DNA from: Octopus vulgaris
Lineage: Eukaryota
Direction: 5' to 3'
DNA: 64,000 nucleotides
Assembly: GCA_951406725.2 (NCBI GenBank)
Contig: OX597816.1
Span: 133,982,001-134,046,000 of the forward strand
Position numbers and translations under genes: made by a program. Below are positions 1 to 12,842 of the stretch, piece by piece. The notes beneath the pieces were generated by a model. It was not told the DNA's origin. It made no database searches and saw only the letters and a program-made list of their open reading frames with translations. How positions within the stretch are numbered: the stretch's first letter is position 1; every line of letters begins with the position of its first letter.

Positions 1-459
1 TTACAGATGACTGGACTGGAGCAACATGAAACCAGGTGCTTTGCTCAAGAACATAATGTACCATCCAAACCAGGAATCAGAATGGTAATCATGCAATCTT
101 AAATGCACCACTTTCACCACCTGGTCACCTGCCATCACAGGCATAAGGCTGTGAAGTGTCTCTTAATTCATACTTGAAGATTAAGCACTAGAGAGTGGAC
201 AGCATAGTTTGTAAAGAATTGGATGGTAAAGTGTCAAAGAGAAAATGTAGGCTTTACAATGCGATGGAAAATTTTCAGAATGCTTCTGTAGGTGTTCTAA
301 AAGCTTAAATGTGGTAAGGATGGAAAATAAATTTCAGATTTATCTTACTTACGGCCATCAAATTTTAATCTTTTAATTCATTAAATGGAGACAAAAATTA
401 TTTGAGATTGTTTAATTTGAGCACTGTATACAATAATTTCATTATTATTATTTTTATAG

Positions 460-615
460 GTTGGTTGGAATACTCTACATGAAGAATTTGGTAAATTAAT
501 GGACAGAGAGGACCGACTAAAAGAACATGATAATATTTTTGATCAACTAAAGCTTGCAGTGAAAGATGCTTCTCGGAAGAGACATGAATGGGATGTTAAA
601 GCAGAAGAAAGTTTG
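460..615 (+). CDS. OPA1: OPA1 dynamin-like GTPase, internal coding exon (VGWNTLHEEFGKLMDREDRLKEHDNIFDQLKLAVKDASRKRHEWDVKAEESL)
   Basis: AG acceptor 458-459, GTAAGT donor at 616, 156 nt. Peptide resembles vertebrate OPA1 VAWETLQEEF..KEHDDIFDKLK..KRHKW..AEDSL. Confidence 0.93.
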
Positions 616-968
616 GTAAGTTTTCCAACAGCTGCAAAATGTTTTGCATTTATTTATTTATTTAATAATGAAAAAAGTAATAACAAATAGAAATTCATTT
701 GTTCTAGCAACTCAAGAATTCCAATATAGAAACTTTTTCATTTCTCTTTTGTTAAACATTTTTTGTTAATCCTTATACATTTATTTCTCTCTGTTTTTTT
801 TTTCATTCTCTCTCCATTTTTTTTTACCTCTCAATCCTTTCTGTTGAACAGGTAGACTCAAAATGTCAAAGACTTTTCTATTCCCAAGTGTCAAACTAAT
901 ACACCTGCTTGTTGTTCCCTCACCTGTCTTTGTCTTTTGTTTTCTGTAAATTTGAACTAATGCACGCA

Positions 969-970
<2 letters not shown>

Positions 971-1011
<41 letters not shown>

Positions 1012-1017
1012 ACACAC
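971..1017. repeat. (CA)n microsatellite
   Basis: Direct inspection. Confidence 0.95.
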
Positions 1018-1978
1018 CAAGGTGAATGATTAATTATCTACAATACAAATACATAAAAAAAAAAACAGTCACTGGTGACGATTTTTACCTAGGTGTCACC
1101 TACATTACAATAGTGATCCAAATATCATTGGCAGATTTCAAAACGATTTTGTTTCTGTAATTATGTAAGTTGTTTTGGTCTTGCACAAATCTAAAGCCAA
1201 ATCTGTTATGATAATGATCTTGCTGGTGTTGGTGTCACTAAAAAGGCACCCAGTACACTCTGTAAAGTGGTTGGCAATAGGAAAGGCATCCAGCTATAAA
1301 ACTTGTGCTTGAGCAGACAGTAAGGCTGTGGCACAGTCTTCTGGTTAGTCAGCCCCTGTCAAACCATCCAAAGCATGCCAGCATAGAAAATGGCTGTTAA
1401 ATGATGATGAAATGTGTCTGATTTGCATATTATTTACCACTTTATCATTAGTCACCTGTCTGTTCAAGAGAACCATGCCACAGAATCTTTGAATTTTATC
1501 ATCAACCCAGTTCCTTCTTGGTGTGTAATATTGTATGACTATTTCTAAAATTTTCAAATCTTTCATAGAGGAGGTAGTTCTCAGCAGCAAAACACTTTTT
1601 GTTGAAACTTCCATAAGAGTTCAATCCTTAATACATCTTCAGCCCACAGAAAATGGTTCAGGGAATGCTGCTTGTATTTGGAGCAAACAGAAACTGGCAT
1701 GGCCATGGGTCATGTAATAAGGCTGGGAACTTAATTGAATTTCATGTTCAAACCTCCACCCTTAGTGACTGGAAGGAAGCCACATCTTGTGATGCAATAC
1801 ACAAATAATTTTCCTGTCAGTAAGTGAAAAATATTATAAGAGTGCTGCAGATATTTAATGACTCTCATCATCATCTAAATTTCCATGCCTGCTTTTCTGT
1901 TTGTGTGTGTTGGATAAATCCTTTCCAACAGTGCCATTTGTTGCATTCTTTTGTCATCTCTTTTGTGAAGTTCAATAG

Positions 1979-2375
1979 GTACAGGTGTGGCAGTGTGGTA
2001 AGAAGCTTACTTCCCAACCACATTGTTGCATGGCACATTGGGCAAGTGTTGTCTATTACAACTTTGGCCCAAACAAAGCCTTGTGAGTGGATTTGGTAGA
2101 CAGAAACTGAAAGAAGCTCACCATATACATGTATATATGCAGGTCTATGTGTGGGTTTCTTAGTGTCTATGTTAGTCTCTCCCTACCACCAACTGACAAC
2201 CAGTGCTGGTGTCTTTACATCCCTGTAACTTAGTGGTTCAGCAAAAGAGATTGATAGAATAAGCACCAGGCTTTAAAAAAATATGTATTGTGGTTGATAC
2301 ATTTGATGAAAAATTCTTCAAGACAGTTTCCTAGCATGGTCGCAGTCTAATAATGGAAACAAGTAAAAGATAAAA
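1979..2375 (+). mobile_element. tRNA-derived SINE, family A (AGGCGCAGGAGTGGCTGTGTGGTAAG head)
   Basis: Similar copies at ~16916-17127, 35855-36226, 36690-37090(-) and 43408-43962. Confidence 0.75.
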
Positions 2376-2389
2376 TCCTGAGATTAACT

Positions 2390-2720
2390 TTTACCATTTC
2401 ATTGTCCCTGAGCTTCTTCTCCATCTTGGGCTGGATCCTGTTAAGAATCATCCTGTTGAGGGTCTTTTCCATGAGTGACATCAGTGAGATTCCCCTGTAG
2501 TTGTTGGTGTTAGAGAGATCTCCCATCTTTGGCACTGGGGCAACGTTACTGATCCTCCACTGATTTGGGGCAACTCCTTTTTCCAGTGCCTGGTTACAGA
2601 ACTCCAAGATGATATCATCAAAATCACACCTCTTTATCACTTCTTGTGCTACTCCAACTTCTCCATAGGCCTTGCCCTCCTCAATTTACTTCTTGGCTCT
2701 CTGAAGCTCCTCTTTGGCAA
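2390..2720 (-). mobile_element. LINE reverse-transcriptase fragment (RTE/RTE-X-like)
   Basis: ORF 2347-2640 encodes PNQWR.S..APVPK.GDLS..NNYRGISL, typical of the non-LTR RT N-terminus. Confidence 0.8.
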
Positions 2721-3036
2721 AGGGTCACTGTATGTATCATCATTTATATGATACATATAAATACATATATACATGCACACATTACATATACACACATATA
2801 TACACACATACATACTCATACATATGCAGATATATATGTGTGAATATATATGTATATATTACAAATTTATATACCTTCACTGTGTACAACTTTGATTTAA
2901 GTTACAAGTGAAATATTTATTACTCCCATAGTTTGCCTCTTCGTGAATGAACAGAATTTGTTGGAATGTAAATATCATAAATTGTATTGTAAATAGTAGT
3001 AAGTTTATGTTTTTTTATTGTTTTGTTCTTTTACAG

Positions 3037-3145
3037 CGGATGTTTCAGATTAACATCCTTGAGGATACTTCATGTACAGATAGAGTGCAGTGGGATGCAG
3101 CCATTAAGTTTATGGAAGAGTGTGTGAAAGAAAACTTGAAGACAA
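3037..3145 (+). CDS. OPA1: OPA1 coding exon (RMFQINILEDTSCTDRVQWDAAIKFMEECVKENLKT)
   Basis: ttacag acceptor, GTCAGT donor, 109 nt, QWDAAI.FMEE motif; phase matches neighbouring exons. Confidence 0.92.
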
Positions 3146-3240
3146 GTCAGTATACAACCATGACCGTTTATCTAATAATAAAGTCTGTATATGTGTTTGT
3201 GTTTGTATGTATATACATAAATGTGCACATTATCCAAATG

Positions 3241-3560
3241 TGTTGGCACTCTGTTGGTTATGATAACAAGGACTCCAATTGATTTGGTCAACAGAACAGC
3301 CCTCCCATGAAATTAATGTGCAAGTGGCTGAGTACTCCACAGACATTCATGCCCTTAATGTAGTTCTGAGGGAGATTCAGTGTGACACAGAATGTGACAA
3401 GGCTGGCCCTTTGAATTACAGGTACAACACATTTTTGCCAGCTGAGTGGACTAGAGTAACATGAAATAAAGTGTCTTGCTCAAGGACACAACATGCTGTT
3501 GGGAATCAAGCTCATGACCTTATAATCATAAGCTGAATATTCTAACCACTAACCCACGCG
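3241..3560 (+). mobile_element. SINE-like interspersed repeat
   Basis: Related copy at ~36282-36570 and a fragment at 1-130 (tgtgacaaggctggccctttgaa...gtcttgctcaaggacacaa). Confidence 0.6.
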
Positions 3561-3829
3561 CACACATCAGTCTTTTGACTATAGTGTTACACACTTAAGT
3601 ACTGTAAATAATATCATTTATCCCCCTACACTTCACATTGTATCCCTATTACTGTCCCTTATCACCTCCTTCTCCTCTCTGACCCACTCCTATTTTTTTC
3701 ACATCCCCTCCTCCAAACTGATAATCTTTGTACCTCTAAACAAATCATCTGTCACTCTTGCACACTTATCCACCCACTTAATTTATACCTTGACCCCCCC
3801 CCCCCCATTCCTATAATGAATGTAACCAT

Positions 3830-5900
3830 CCCACCATTCCAATATCCATCTAAATTTCAGTCATAGATGATCTAACAAACAACGCTCCTGCCAGATGACC
3901 TCAAATTCTATATATATTGCAACTCATCAAAACAGACACCAGCATGCACCTCCAAAACCCTATCCCCACCCAGTTAACTCCACTTATTGGATTAAACAAA
4001 CAAGAACCTGGCATGTTATCTGGGTCCCCCCTCACCCTTAATGCTCAGACTTGAGTACCTAAACTCTTCTTTGCCCTACTCAAAAAACATTTCCTAAATC
4101 GAGCCCCCTTAGAAAAATATTTAACCCCCCCCCCCCCGATCTATAAAATTGTCCTATTCCACCACCATCAGCACCATCACTGGAGTTAGCTGGCTCAGAA
4201 ATCCACAACCAGTTAACCTCCACCTTAATAACTTAACTCAACATAACCTCCAGCTCCATACATATGAACCCAAAACACCAACTGACCCCACTAACATTAA
4301 ACCTCATAATTCCAACAAGAATTCCACCACTAACATACAATCCTTAAATTTACCTCAATGCCTAACTACACCTCTTGTAAAAATAGAGAACGACACAGGT
4401 GATACCACTGGGCATGATAATTATCGTATTATACAACCCCACCTTCAACTCCCTAACAAATACTAATCTTAACACCAGCAATAATAACAAACCCAACACC
4501 AGTTCCTCACTAAATAACAATTCCCTCACAAGTTCATCCAGAACACCCCCTACAAACCTATGCAGCTGTAGACACCCATTCTCCTGTCCTTTAGATAACC
4601 ACTATCTCACCAAAATCATTTACAAGAGTACAGTTTCAGCTGCCAACTGTAACTACGTATATATTGGCTCATGCAGCACCACCTTCAAAGCTAGAGTGAG
4701 CAACCACTACTCCAGTTTCAAGTCCCAAACAAAATCCAGCCGTACATTGTTATCTCAGGTTGATTCAACTCCTTACACTCTCAAGTGGTCCATAGTCACC
4801 CACGTCAAACCATACAGCAGCTATAATAAATGTGATCTCTACATAGCCAAGGTTTTAGCTATTTTGCAATCCATGGATTGTCTTAACAAATGCAGCAGTA
4901 TAATTTTCACATGCTAACATCAATCACTAAATCTATTCTCAAAATACAAATAACAGCAACCCCACCCTGCTGTTTTCCCTTAACCATCATAAATTTTCCT
5001 TCTTATTTACCCTCACTACCACTATATATTAAACCAACAATATATCTTCCCTTTAATTCGTTTTGTCATTTATATACTTCTCTCTGTATCTTTTCTTACC
5101 ATTTATAAACATATTTTTTCTCTTATTCTTCCCTTTAATTATTGTCATTTACATACTTCTCTCTGTATCTTTCCTTACCATTTATAAAATTTTTTCTTTT
5201 ATTTCACCTGCCTCCCCTTCCTAAACCCCCTTTGTAAACTTACTAGTACATATGCCAACATACACCTCTACTACTTCATACTGTAAACATGCTCACCGCA
5301 CACAATATACACTCCTTAATTGACTGCTAGTAGTAGCTGCCATGATTTTTGCCCATTCTATCTTGCTTCCTTCATGCATACTTTCTTCTGCTTGACCAAA
5401 AATATTTCCCCACCCTCTCCCCTCCACATTAACTTTTTTTCAAATACCACTCCCCTTGTTAATGTCTATGATTCTGCCAAAATAACCCTATTGCATATTA
5501 CCAGTCAAATGACCTTGCATCGTTTCTCTTTTCTTTCTTCTTACTCCCTTATGTTTTTTTTCTTTTAATCCTAATTTCTCTCTACATTTATATTCTCCAC
5601 TCCTACTGTGCTCTCTACACATTCTTATTGAATCTTAACATGTACCTCTTTGTAACAATGTAAACTTTCATTTATCAAGGTGTCCTTTACCTGAAGAACA
5701 GCCTGCAGTATACACCTTGCTTGGATATTTATCACTTCTGAGGTTCTACTCGTATTGAAACATATATAACCCAGATCTTATCTACTCCATTCCTTAACTC
5801 TTATATTTTTATTCTTCTTATTCACATACCCGGCAACCATGGTTGCCTACCATGAAATATAACAAGAACTTTTTCAATTTATTGTACTTCGATTAGAAAA
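3830..5900 (+). mobile_element. degraded Penelope-like element (GIY-YIG endonuclease region plus 3' repeats)
   Basis: ORF 4399-4917 reads CSCR..CPL...IIYK...YIGSCSTTFKAR..NH.SSF..LKWSI..CDL, typical of PLE GIY-YIG. C-rich strand bias; tandem ~80-bp repeat at 5045-5200. Confidence 0.75.
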
Positions 5901-6001
5901 AAATCCACAACATTCTGTTTCTATAAACCACTATTGTCCCTGAAAGTTGTTTTTTTATATTTACTATGAAGCTAACTTTCTTCCTACACCTCGATTCTTG
6001 G

Positions 6002-6032
<31 letters not shown>

Positions 6033-6516
6033 GGTGACAGTTTCTCGTAGTCTGAGAAAGATGGTTCTGCAATTTCTTGCACAAATTATTTTTTTAAGTA
6101 ATCAAATGTTTGTGCTGTACATTAGCTCAGTCCTTCTGTTAAATCAACATTGATGAACAGGGGCACAGTGTACCAGACATTAGGCTCAAAGTGATTGCAA
6201 AGCAACATGTGATGAAGTGTTTTGTTCAAGAATACAACTTACCACCCAGTCCAGGAATTGAAACCACACTATGACTGAAGCCTCCAATTCAAATTCATAA
6301 TGGAATTGGATGGTGAAAAATAAAAAGGAACCTCAATATTCATTGTGAACTTAAATATAGCATTTAGCTACAAGGAATTTAGTCTACAACACTCTAACCA
6401 CTAGATCATATACACCCTGCCACAAAAAAGAATAATAAATAAATGTTAATGAAACAAATCAGCAGTAACTTTTATGTTGTGTTATCTTAGTAATTTTAAA
6501 AAAAATTTTATTTAAG

Positions 6517-6644
6517 ATGAAGAAATGTTAAATGAGATGCTGGGACCAAGTACAACTGAACAATGGATGCATTGGAAATATCAAACAGCAGAACACAAAA
6601 CGAGACAAGCAACAAGACAAGAATTAGAGAAATTGTTGGCAGAT
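6517..6644 (+). CDS. OPA1: OPA1 coding exon (NEEMLNEMLGPSTTEQWMHWKYQTAEHKTRQATRQELEKLLAD)
   Basis: tttaag acceptor, GTATGT donor, 128 nt; M.GP....W..WK and ELEK motifs; phase-consistent. Confidence 0.9.
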
Positions 6645-6840
6645 GTATGTTATTACACAGAATTATTTAACTACAAATAATTTTTACTGCTTGTGATTGT
6701 CATATTTGAATAAACAATGTTAAGCAATCTGTTTCTAAAACATTCTTTATTTATATCATTTTAAGTTTATTTGAGTGTAACTGTTGCACTAGTAGGAATT
6801 ACTATTGTCATGATATCATTTCACTCATTTGCTCATTGTT

Positions 6841-6916
6841 CACAGTTTTTGTGAACAAACACCAAGCAATATCTATAAGTTACGATATTGCTTGGTGTTT
6901 GTTCACAGAAACTGTG
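6841..6916. repeat. 33-bp near-perfect inverted repeat (hairpin, 10-nt loop) in an OPA1 intron
   Basis: 6841-6873 is the reverse complement of 6884-6916 with one U-G pair. Confidence 0.9.
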
Positions 6917-7150
6917 CTGTTAAATATCAGACTCTCTTTTGCATTCTAAATTTAATCAAATCTAATTAAAATTTCCATGACATTGCCCCTTGCATTTTTT
7001 AACTAGAATTAAACATTTGGTTAATGACTAGTTTTAATCACTACAGGTGAAAATGTGATTAATTAAAATATCTTGATCATTACATGAAATATGCTAGAAC
7101 CTATTTAACTATTACTTTTCTTATCGTAACTATTTACTATTTATTTGTAG

Positions 7151-7237
7151 AGACACAGCAATTCTTTAGCTAGTGATGAATTTACTACTGTTCGTCGGAA
7201 CCTGCAGACACAAGGCCTGGAAGTTGACAATGACTTT
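7151..7237 (+). CDS. OPA1: OPA1 coding exon (RHSNSLASDEFTTVRRNLQTQGLEVDNDF)
   Basis: ttgtag acceptor, GTATGC donor, 87 nt; LASDE.TTVR.NL motif. Confidence 0.92.
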
Positions 7238-7450
7238 GTATGCATTTATTTCTGTTTAAACTATATTTTTACATACAGTCTTTGTGTACCATTTATTTCT
7301 TATTTAAAGTCTGACTTGAAACTAGTAAAGGTATTTTCTTGATAAATTGATGATTAAATAATTTCGAAATTTTATTTGAGCTTTCTTGAACTTTTTCAGT
7401 GATTTTATATTAAAAAAAAAAAATTCATAATTTTTCTGTATGATTTTCAG

Positions 7451-7567
7451 ATTAGAGAAACATGGTATCAAGTATTTCGAATACATTTCTTTAAGAAATC
7501 CTTAGCTACAGCTCAGCATTGCAAAAGAGGATTTTATTATTACCAGAAAGGATTTCAAGATTCGGAG
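7451..7567 (+). CDS. OPA1: OPA1 coding exon (IRETWYQVFRIHFFKKSLATAQHCKRGFYYYQKGFQDSE)
   Basis: tttcag acceptor, GTAAAT donor, 117 nt; C.RGFYYYQ motif. Confidence 0.93.
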
Positions 7568-7744
7568 GTAAATATAGGCATCTAATGCCATTCTACTGAT
7601 TCAATCTTGATTTCATATTTATTGCAGGTAAATTGAATTTTATGGGATCTTGAATATGTGTACAACTATTATTTGCTTTGTGTACAGCAAATGGAACAAA
7701 TACATTGTTTTATTTCGTGCATATTACCTGAAATATAGTGGATT

Positions 7745-7925
7745 CAAATTCTGGCACAAGGCCAGCAATTTTGGGGGAGGAGTTAAGTTGATTATATCAA
7801 CCCCAGTGCTCAAAAGGATGGAAGGCAGAGTCAGCCTCAGCAGAACTTGAACTGAACATAAAGAAAAACAAAATACTACTAAGCATTTTGCCTGGTATGC
7901 TAACAATTCTGCCAGCCTGCCATCT
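7745..7925 (-). mobile_element. tRNA-derived SINE, family B (GCCTTTCATCCTTTCGGGG core), degraded
   Basis: Similar to copies at 8150-8345, 32400-32590, 47155-47370 and 63020-63210. Confidence 0.6.
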
Positions 7926-8433
7926 TTATTACATGAAATATATTAATTTTCAAACACAAAGCAATTATAATTCCATAGTTTTTCTTTTATTTATTAATTA
8001 AAAATTTTATTCTTGTGTAGTAAATTAAGTGGTATGCATAAAATATATTTGTTTTAAAAATGACATGACTTTGTAATTTTAGAGTTTTTATCCAGCAATA
8101 ATATAAAAATATCTCTATAAGTGAATGTTTCTAATCAATTCCTACTGTTGGTGGGTAAATGACAGAATTGTAGTGCTGGAGAAAATGTCATGTGGTATTT
8201 GGTTATGTCCTGAGTTCAAATCCAACCCAGTTACACTTTGTCATTCATCCTTCCTGTGATGATAAAACAAATAGTGAGATTAATGTAATCAATGGCAGTG
8301 TCCTAAACATGGCCACTACAATGACTGGAAGCAGGAAAAGAATAGAACAATCATCATAGCTAGATTATTACAATGCAATGTTTAGAAAAAATTAATAGGA
8401 ATGTCTATATTGTTTTTCTTTTTAAACTCTCAG

Positions 8434-8527
8434 CTTCAATGCCATGATGTCGTACTTTTTTGGCGATTCCAACGTATGCTGCAGACAACCTCCAACGCAC
8501 TTAGACAGCAAGTGATGAATAATGAAG
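8434..8527 (+). CDS. OPA1: OPA1 coding exon ([31 protein letters not shown])
   Basis: ctcag acceptor, GTAAGC donor, 94 nt; DVVLFWR.QRML and LRQQ motifs. Confidence 0.94.
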
Positions 8528-9188
8528 GTAAGCATTTAATAATGTAGAAACAGGATGCTTCTCATTGGTTTTCTGTTTCAAATGTGGATTATAAGCATCA
8601 GCATTCTTTTCTTCTTTTTAAAGACTTCATTAGAAATGTAGATGATTCTTGTTGAACATTATTTAAACACAAAATCTCATTTGCTTGTTTGATAAGGTAG
8701 CCTCACAGCTATGAGCTGCTATCAATATTTTCCCATGGATGTGAATGAAACTCAAACACCATAAAATATTATAGTGTTCATAATTTTTATATGGATACAT
8801 GATATATTAAATCGTGTTACTATCATATATTTATTGTTATAAATCTGTTGGTGATATCTAAGGGCAAGTAAGATACAAGTAGTTGGCTTCAGACCTGTGA
8901 TAGATTATTTCTTAACAGTTGTAAAGGAAGTCTGGCAAGTATGGGAAATAACTCTGGTATTTTCTTTTTTTAAATGATCTGTAAAGCATTGCTTTCATAT
9001 TACTTGCCCAGATAGCGATAAAATAACCATTGAATAAAATATATAAGATTGTGCATTGATTGGCATAGGAAAATAAAATTGTCTAGAGAATGACTAATTC
9101 AGATATACTATTTGCATGGAGAAAGAGCATTTAAGTTAGTGTTAAAATATTTAATGCTAAGATAATGAAAAAAAACTAACAAGAATTA

Positions 9189-9676
9189 ATCATCATCATC
9201 GTTTAATGGCTGTTTACCAAGCTGACATGGGTTGGACGGTTTGACTGGGGACTGGCAAGCCAGGAGACTGCACCACGTTCCAATCTGATCTGGCAATGTT
9301 TCTACAGCTGGATGCCCTTCCTAATGCCAACCACTCCAAGAGTGTAGTGGATGCTTCTTATGTGCCACTGGCACGAGAGCCAGTCAGGCAGCACTGGCAT
9401 TGGCCACAACTATAATTTCCATTTTTATTGTGATTTTGATTTTTGATTTTGCTTGACTAAGTAGGTCTCCTCAAGCATGGCGTGTCACTTGACGATTCAA
9501 AGGTACTTTTTAAATGGGCTGGTTATGCAACACTGGTATAGGCTATGGCTGTGATCTTAATTTACTTGCCAGAGGTCTTGGTCTCTTGTCATTGCTTCTG
9601 TGAGGCCCAACGTTCGAAAGTCATGCTTCACCACCTCATCCCATGTCTTCCTGGGTCTCCCTCTTCCATAGGTTCA
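9189..9676 (-). mobile_element. 5'-truncated RTE LINE 3' end
   Basis: (CAT)n tail plus 3' UTR homologous to the element at 38472-40453; includes the RGRPRKTWDEVV-coding end. Confidence 0.75.
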
Positions 9677-10825
9677 AGGGAAAAAATAATATAAGTCAAT
9701 GACTCTATCTTTCAGGTTAGATTTGAGACTGGTGTATAAGTATAAATAGACCAACAAGTAATAAAATGTTTAACTAGAGCGAATAGTGCAAGTGTAATAG
9801 GAAAACAGAATATAGTTCTGTTGATGAGGAGAGATAAGGACAAAAAGCAAATGTAATTAACAAAGAACACAAGGAGATTCGCACAAAATAATCACTGATA
9901 TAAATAAGGATGGAGATTGTGTGTGTGTGTGTATATATACACACAAGATAGAGAGAGAGAGAGACTGACTGACCAGCTGCTCATTACGTGATGTAACTAA
10001 ATATATTCTAAATGTCAGACATTATATATACCCAAGGCTATTCCCCATTTTTTTAGGAGTGGGTAGCCACAACAAGATACACACCAGGCATTCCATTCAT
10101 TTCCCAGCTCAGAGGCAAGCCCTGTTCTATGCTCGGGTCAAGGCATAGAATGCAACCCCCAATATCAGCATTTGGGCCTGACAGCATATGCTGGTTTACC
10201 CCTGCCACATCATGCTGGTTCCCTACTCCTTTGAGCAACATCAAATTCACTCATCCATCCACAAACACTCTCCAAGTGTTCCTATCATTTATAATCTCTC
10301 TTGCCTCTCTCACTCCAACACCTCTAACCACCAAAGCTTTCCTCACTTCATCCGTCTACACAAACCGAGGTCTACCTCTGGTTTTGCCTTCATCACCCTC
10401 CTTACCATCTGCTCCTCTTACATCTTACTCTACTTTGTATTATGTTGAGATAGAAACATGAAAATAGCATTACAAATAAATATTTAATCAGAAGTATGAA
10501 GATACTTCCAATTTTCTGCAATGCTTTTCATATTTATTTCAATCAATGAAATCTTAACTATTTATAGTCCATTGGATGATGACATTTCTCTTACATCTTA
10601 CTCTACTCTGTGTTATGTTTATTATTTATAGTAAGTTCTCTTATACTGTATGTTAAAATATATGATGTGATGTGCATTTTAATAGACACTAAAATCTGAC
10701 AGCCAATATTTCAGATATTTCCTATAGCAGTGGAAAGCAAATTATTTAAAACATAGTCCATCTAAAATATTACATGTTTGATATGGTTTGGTTTGAATTA
10801 TCTATCTGGTTGATTTTTTTTCTAG

Positions 10826-10936
10826 CTCGACGCCTTGAACGAATAGTGAAGAACATATTAGAAGATATGTCAGACGATAAAGCCCAGTTGAAAACTTTGA
10901 TTACTGGTAAAAGAGTTGATTTGGCAGAAGAGCTCA
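10826..10936 (+). CDS. OPA1: OPA1 coding exon (ARRLERIVKNILEDMSDDKAQLKTLITGKRVDLAEEL)
   Basis: ttctag acceptor, GTAAGT donor, 111 nt; RRLE and TGKRV.LAE motifs of the C-terminal coiled coil (GED). Confidence 0.94.
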
Positions 10937-11271
10937 GTAAGTAATTTTCTCTTAAGAGAACAAAATGTTTGTGCATGTTAGCTGGTTTTGAAATCTTTTT
11001 GATGTCTTTAAAACAATTTATAGAATACAATCAAAATGTCTTTTACCTTTCCCTATTTTACAATTTCTACATTGATTTTCATACTGCTAAACTGATTCAG
11101 TTTCACATATTTAAAACTATTCACTTGACCCATCTTGCTCTGTATATATTAAACTGTAAAGACAGTATTTTCATTTGAAAAATGTATCACTCAGAAACTC
11201 TTAAGCTTTGTACCCTCATTGATCCTTCAAACAGAATATTAACTGTTCTAAACTTTCCACTTCAAAAAGGC

Positions 11272-11489
11272 TTAACCATTTAGCATTTAAACCTGCCATA
11301 TCTGGCCCAGTATTCTACCTGTTTTATGCTTGAACTGACCAGATCCAACCTTTCACATCTACCCTACAATGTCTTTCTAAGAATGAAACCATCACATCAT
11401 CAAAATTTCAAAATCACTTGATTAATTCAAAATAATGTGAATAAAAACACATTACATTTCTCTGAGTAATCTGAATGTTAAAGGGTTAA
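11272..11489. mobile_element. TTAA-flanked MITE (piggyBac-like)
   Basis: ttaaccatttagcatt...aatgttaaagggttaa; second copy in opposite orientation at 13514-13714. Confidence 0.6.
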
Positions 11490-11685
11490 ACACCAATTTA
11501 GAACTTTTCGGTGAATCTGCCTTATGAATTCTCATCAAATGTCTATATTCCTCAATAGATTCTGTATTGAATAACACATCATTATCTTGGATAATTGTTA
11601 TTATGATACATTTTGGTTCTCGATTTAGTTTCTATTGTTATAACTATCCCAGTGATAATTTTGTATGATTTTTAATTTGTATAAT

Positions 11686-12160
11686 CACCATCATCATCAT
11701 CATCGTCATTTAACGTCCATTTTCCATGCTAGCATGGGTTGGACGGTTCGACCAGGGTCTGGGAAGCCAGGAGGCTGCACCAGGCTCCAATCTGATTTGG
11801 CAGTGTTTCTACTGCTGGATGCCCTTCTTAATGCCAACCACTCCGTGAGTGTAGTGGGTGCTTTTTACATTCCACTGGCACAGAAGCCAGAAGAGGCTGG
11901 CAATGGCCACGATCAGTTGGTGCTTTTTATGTGCCACCGGCATGGAACCCAGTCAAGGCGGTGCTGGCATAGCCATGTCCAGATGGTGCTTTTTATGGGT
12001 ATCACTACTACAATTTCCATTTGATTTTCATTTTGATGTTGATGTATTTGACTCAATAGGTCTCCTCAAGTACAGACAGCAGGTCGCCCTACGATCCGAG
12101 GTACTTTTGAATGGGCTGGGGCTGGTTATGTGAAACTGGTGTAGGATACAGCTGTGAACA
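11686..12160 (-). mobile_element. RTE LINE 3' UTR fragment
   Basis: Closely similar to 38472-39000; (CAT)n tail. Confidence 0.75.
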
Positions 12161-12493
12161 AATTTGTGCCTGGAATTTCTCAATAACTTTGATCTTGATA
12201 AAAATATTTAAGAGAATATCACTTTAATCAACTTTAAAAGGTCTATATTTACTCTGTTGTTTTTTCGTGATATTTGGTCACTTCAAAATAACAGAACAGT
12301 ATATAATTTTGTTGCATTGACTATTAGATAACATCTTGTTGCTTTATTGTACAATGTTTATCATTCATGATAAAGTTAATTTAAAGTGGTGAATAACCTT
12401 TAAAAAATCTACTTTCTTGAAATTTTAGAATTTTAGAATTAGTTACATTTTGTATGCAGCAATTACTTACACAAATTTTTTTTCATTTTTCAG

Positions 12494-12558
12494 AGCGTGT
12501 GCGTCAAATTCAAGAGAAACTGGAGGAGTTTATACAAGCCTTGAATAAGGAGAAATGA
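12494..12558 (+). CDS. OPA1: OPA1 last coding exon (KRVRQIQEKLEEFIQALNKEK*)
   Basis: tttcag acceptor; TGA at 12556-12558; matches the OPA1 C-terminus VR.IQEKL..FI.AL..EK. Confidence 0.94.
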
Positions 12559-12842
12559 TGTTAACTCACTTTAGTTATAGCAAGTTGCTGTGTCTATTTG
12601 CTTTTTTGGTCTCATTGTGAGTGTTGCACTGTTAAGGATTGTTTCTATACATAGATGCAACTACTCAGTGTATATGGTGCCTGTCAAGTGGACACTTTAC
12701 CACTTGTGTTTTTTAGGCCTTTGGCTATGTACCCTAATGTGAACATATCTTGAAATGTTCACTGAACATACTTTTTGTCTTAATGGCAAAATTAATGTAA
12801 TGTAATTTAAGCAAATTTCTAAACAAATGATGGAAATGTATG

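Noticed and set aside
781-1020. ORFs rich in VCVC, YIYI or HTHT here and at 2646-2911, 35958-37195 and 40555
   Set aside because: Translations of microsatellites and SINEs.
12556-12565. Stop-codon readthrough of OPA1
   Set aside because: TGA is followed by TGT TAA; there is no CUAG context and any extension would be trivial.
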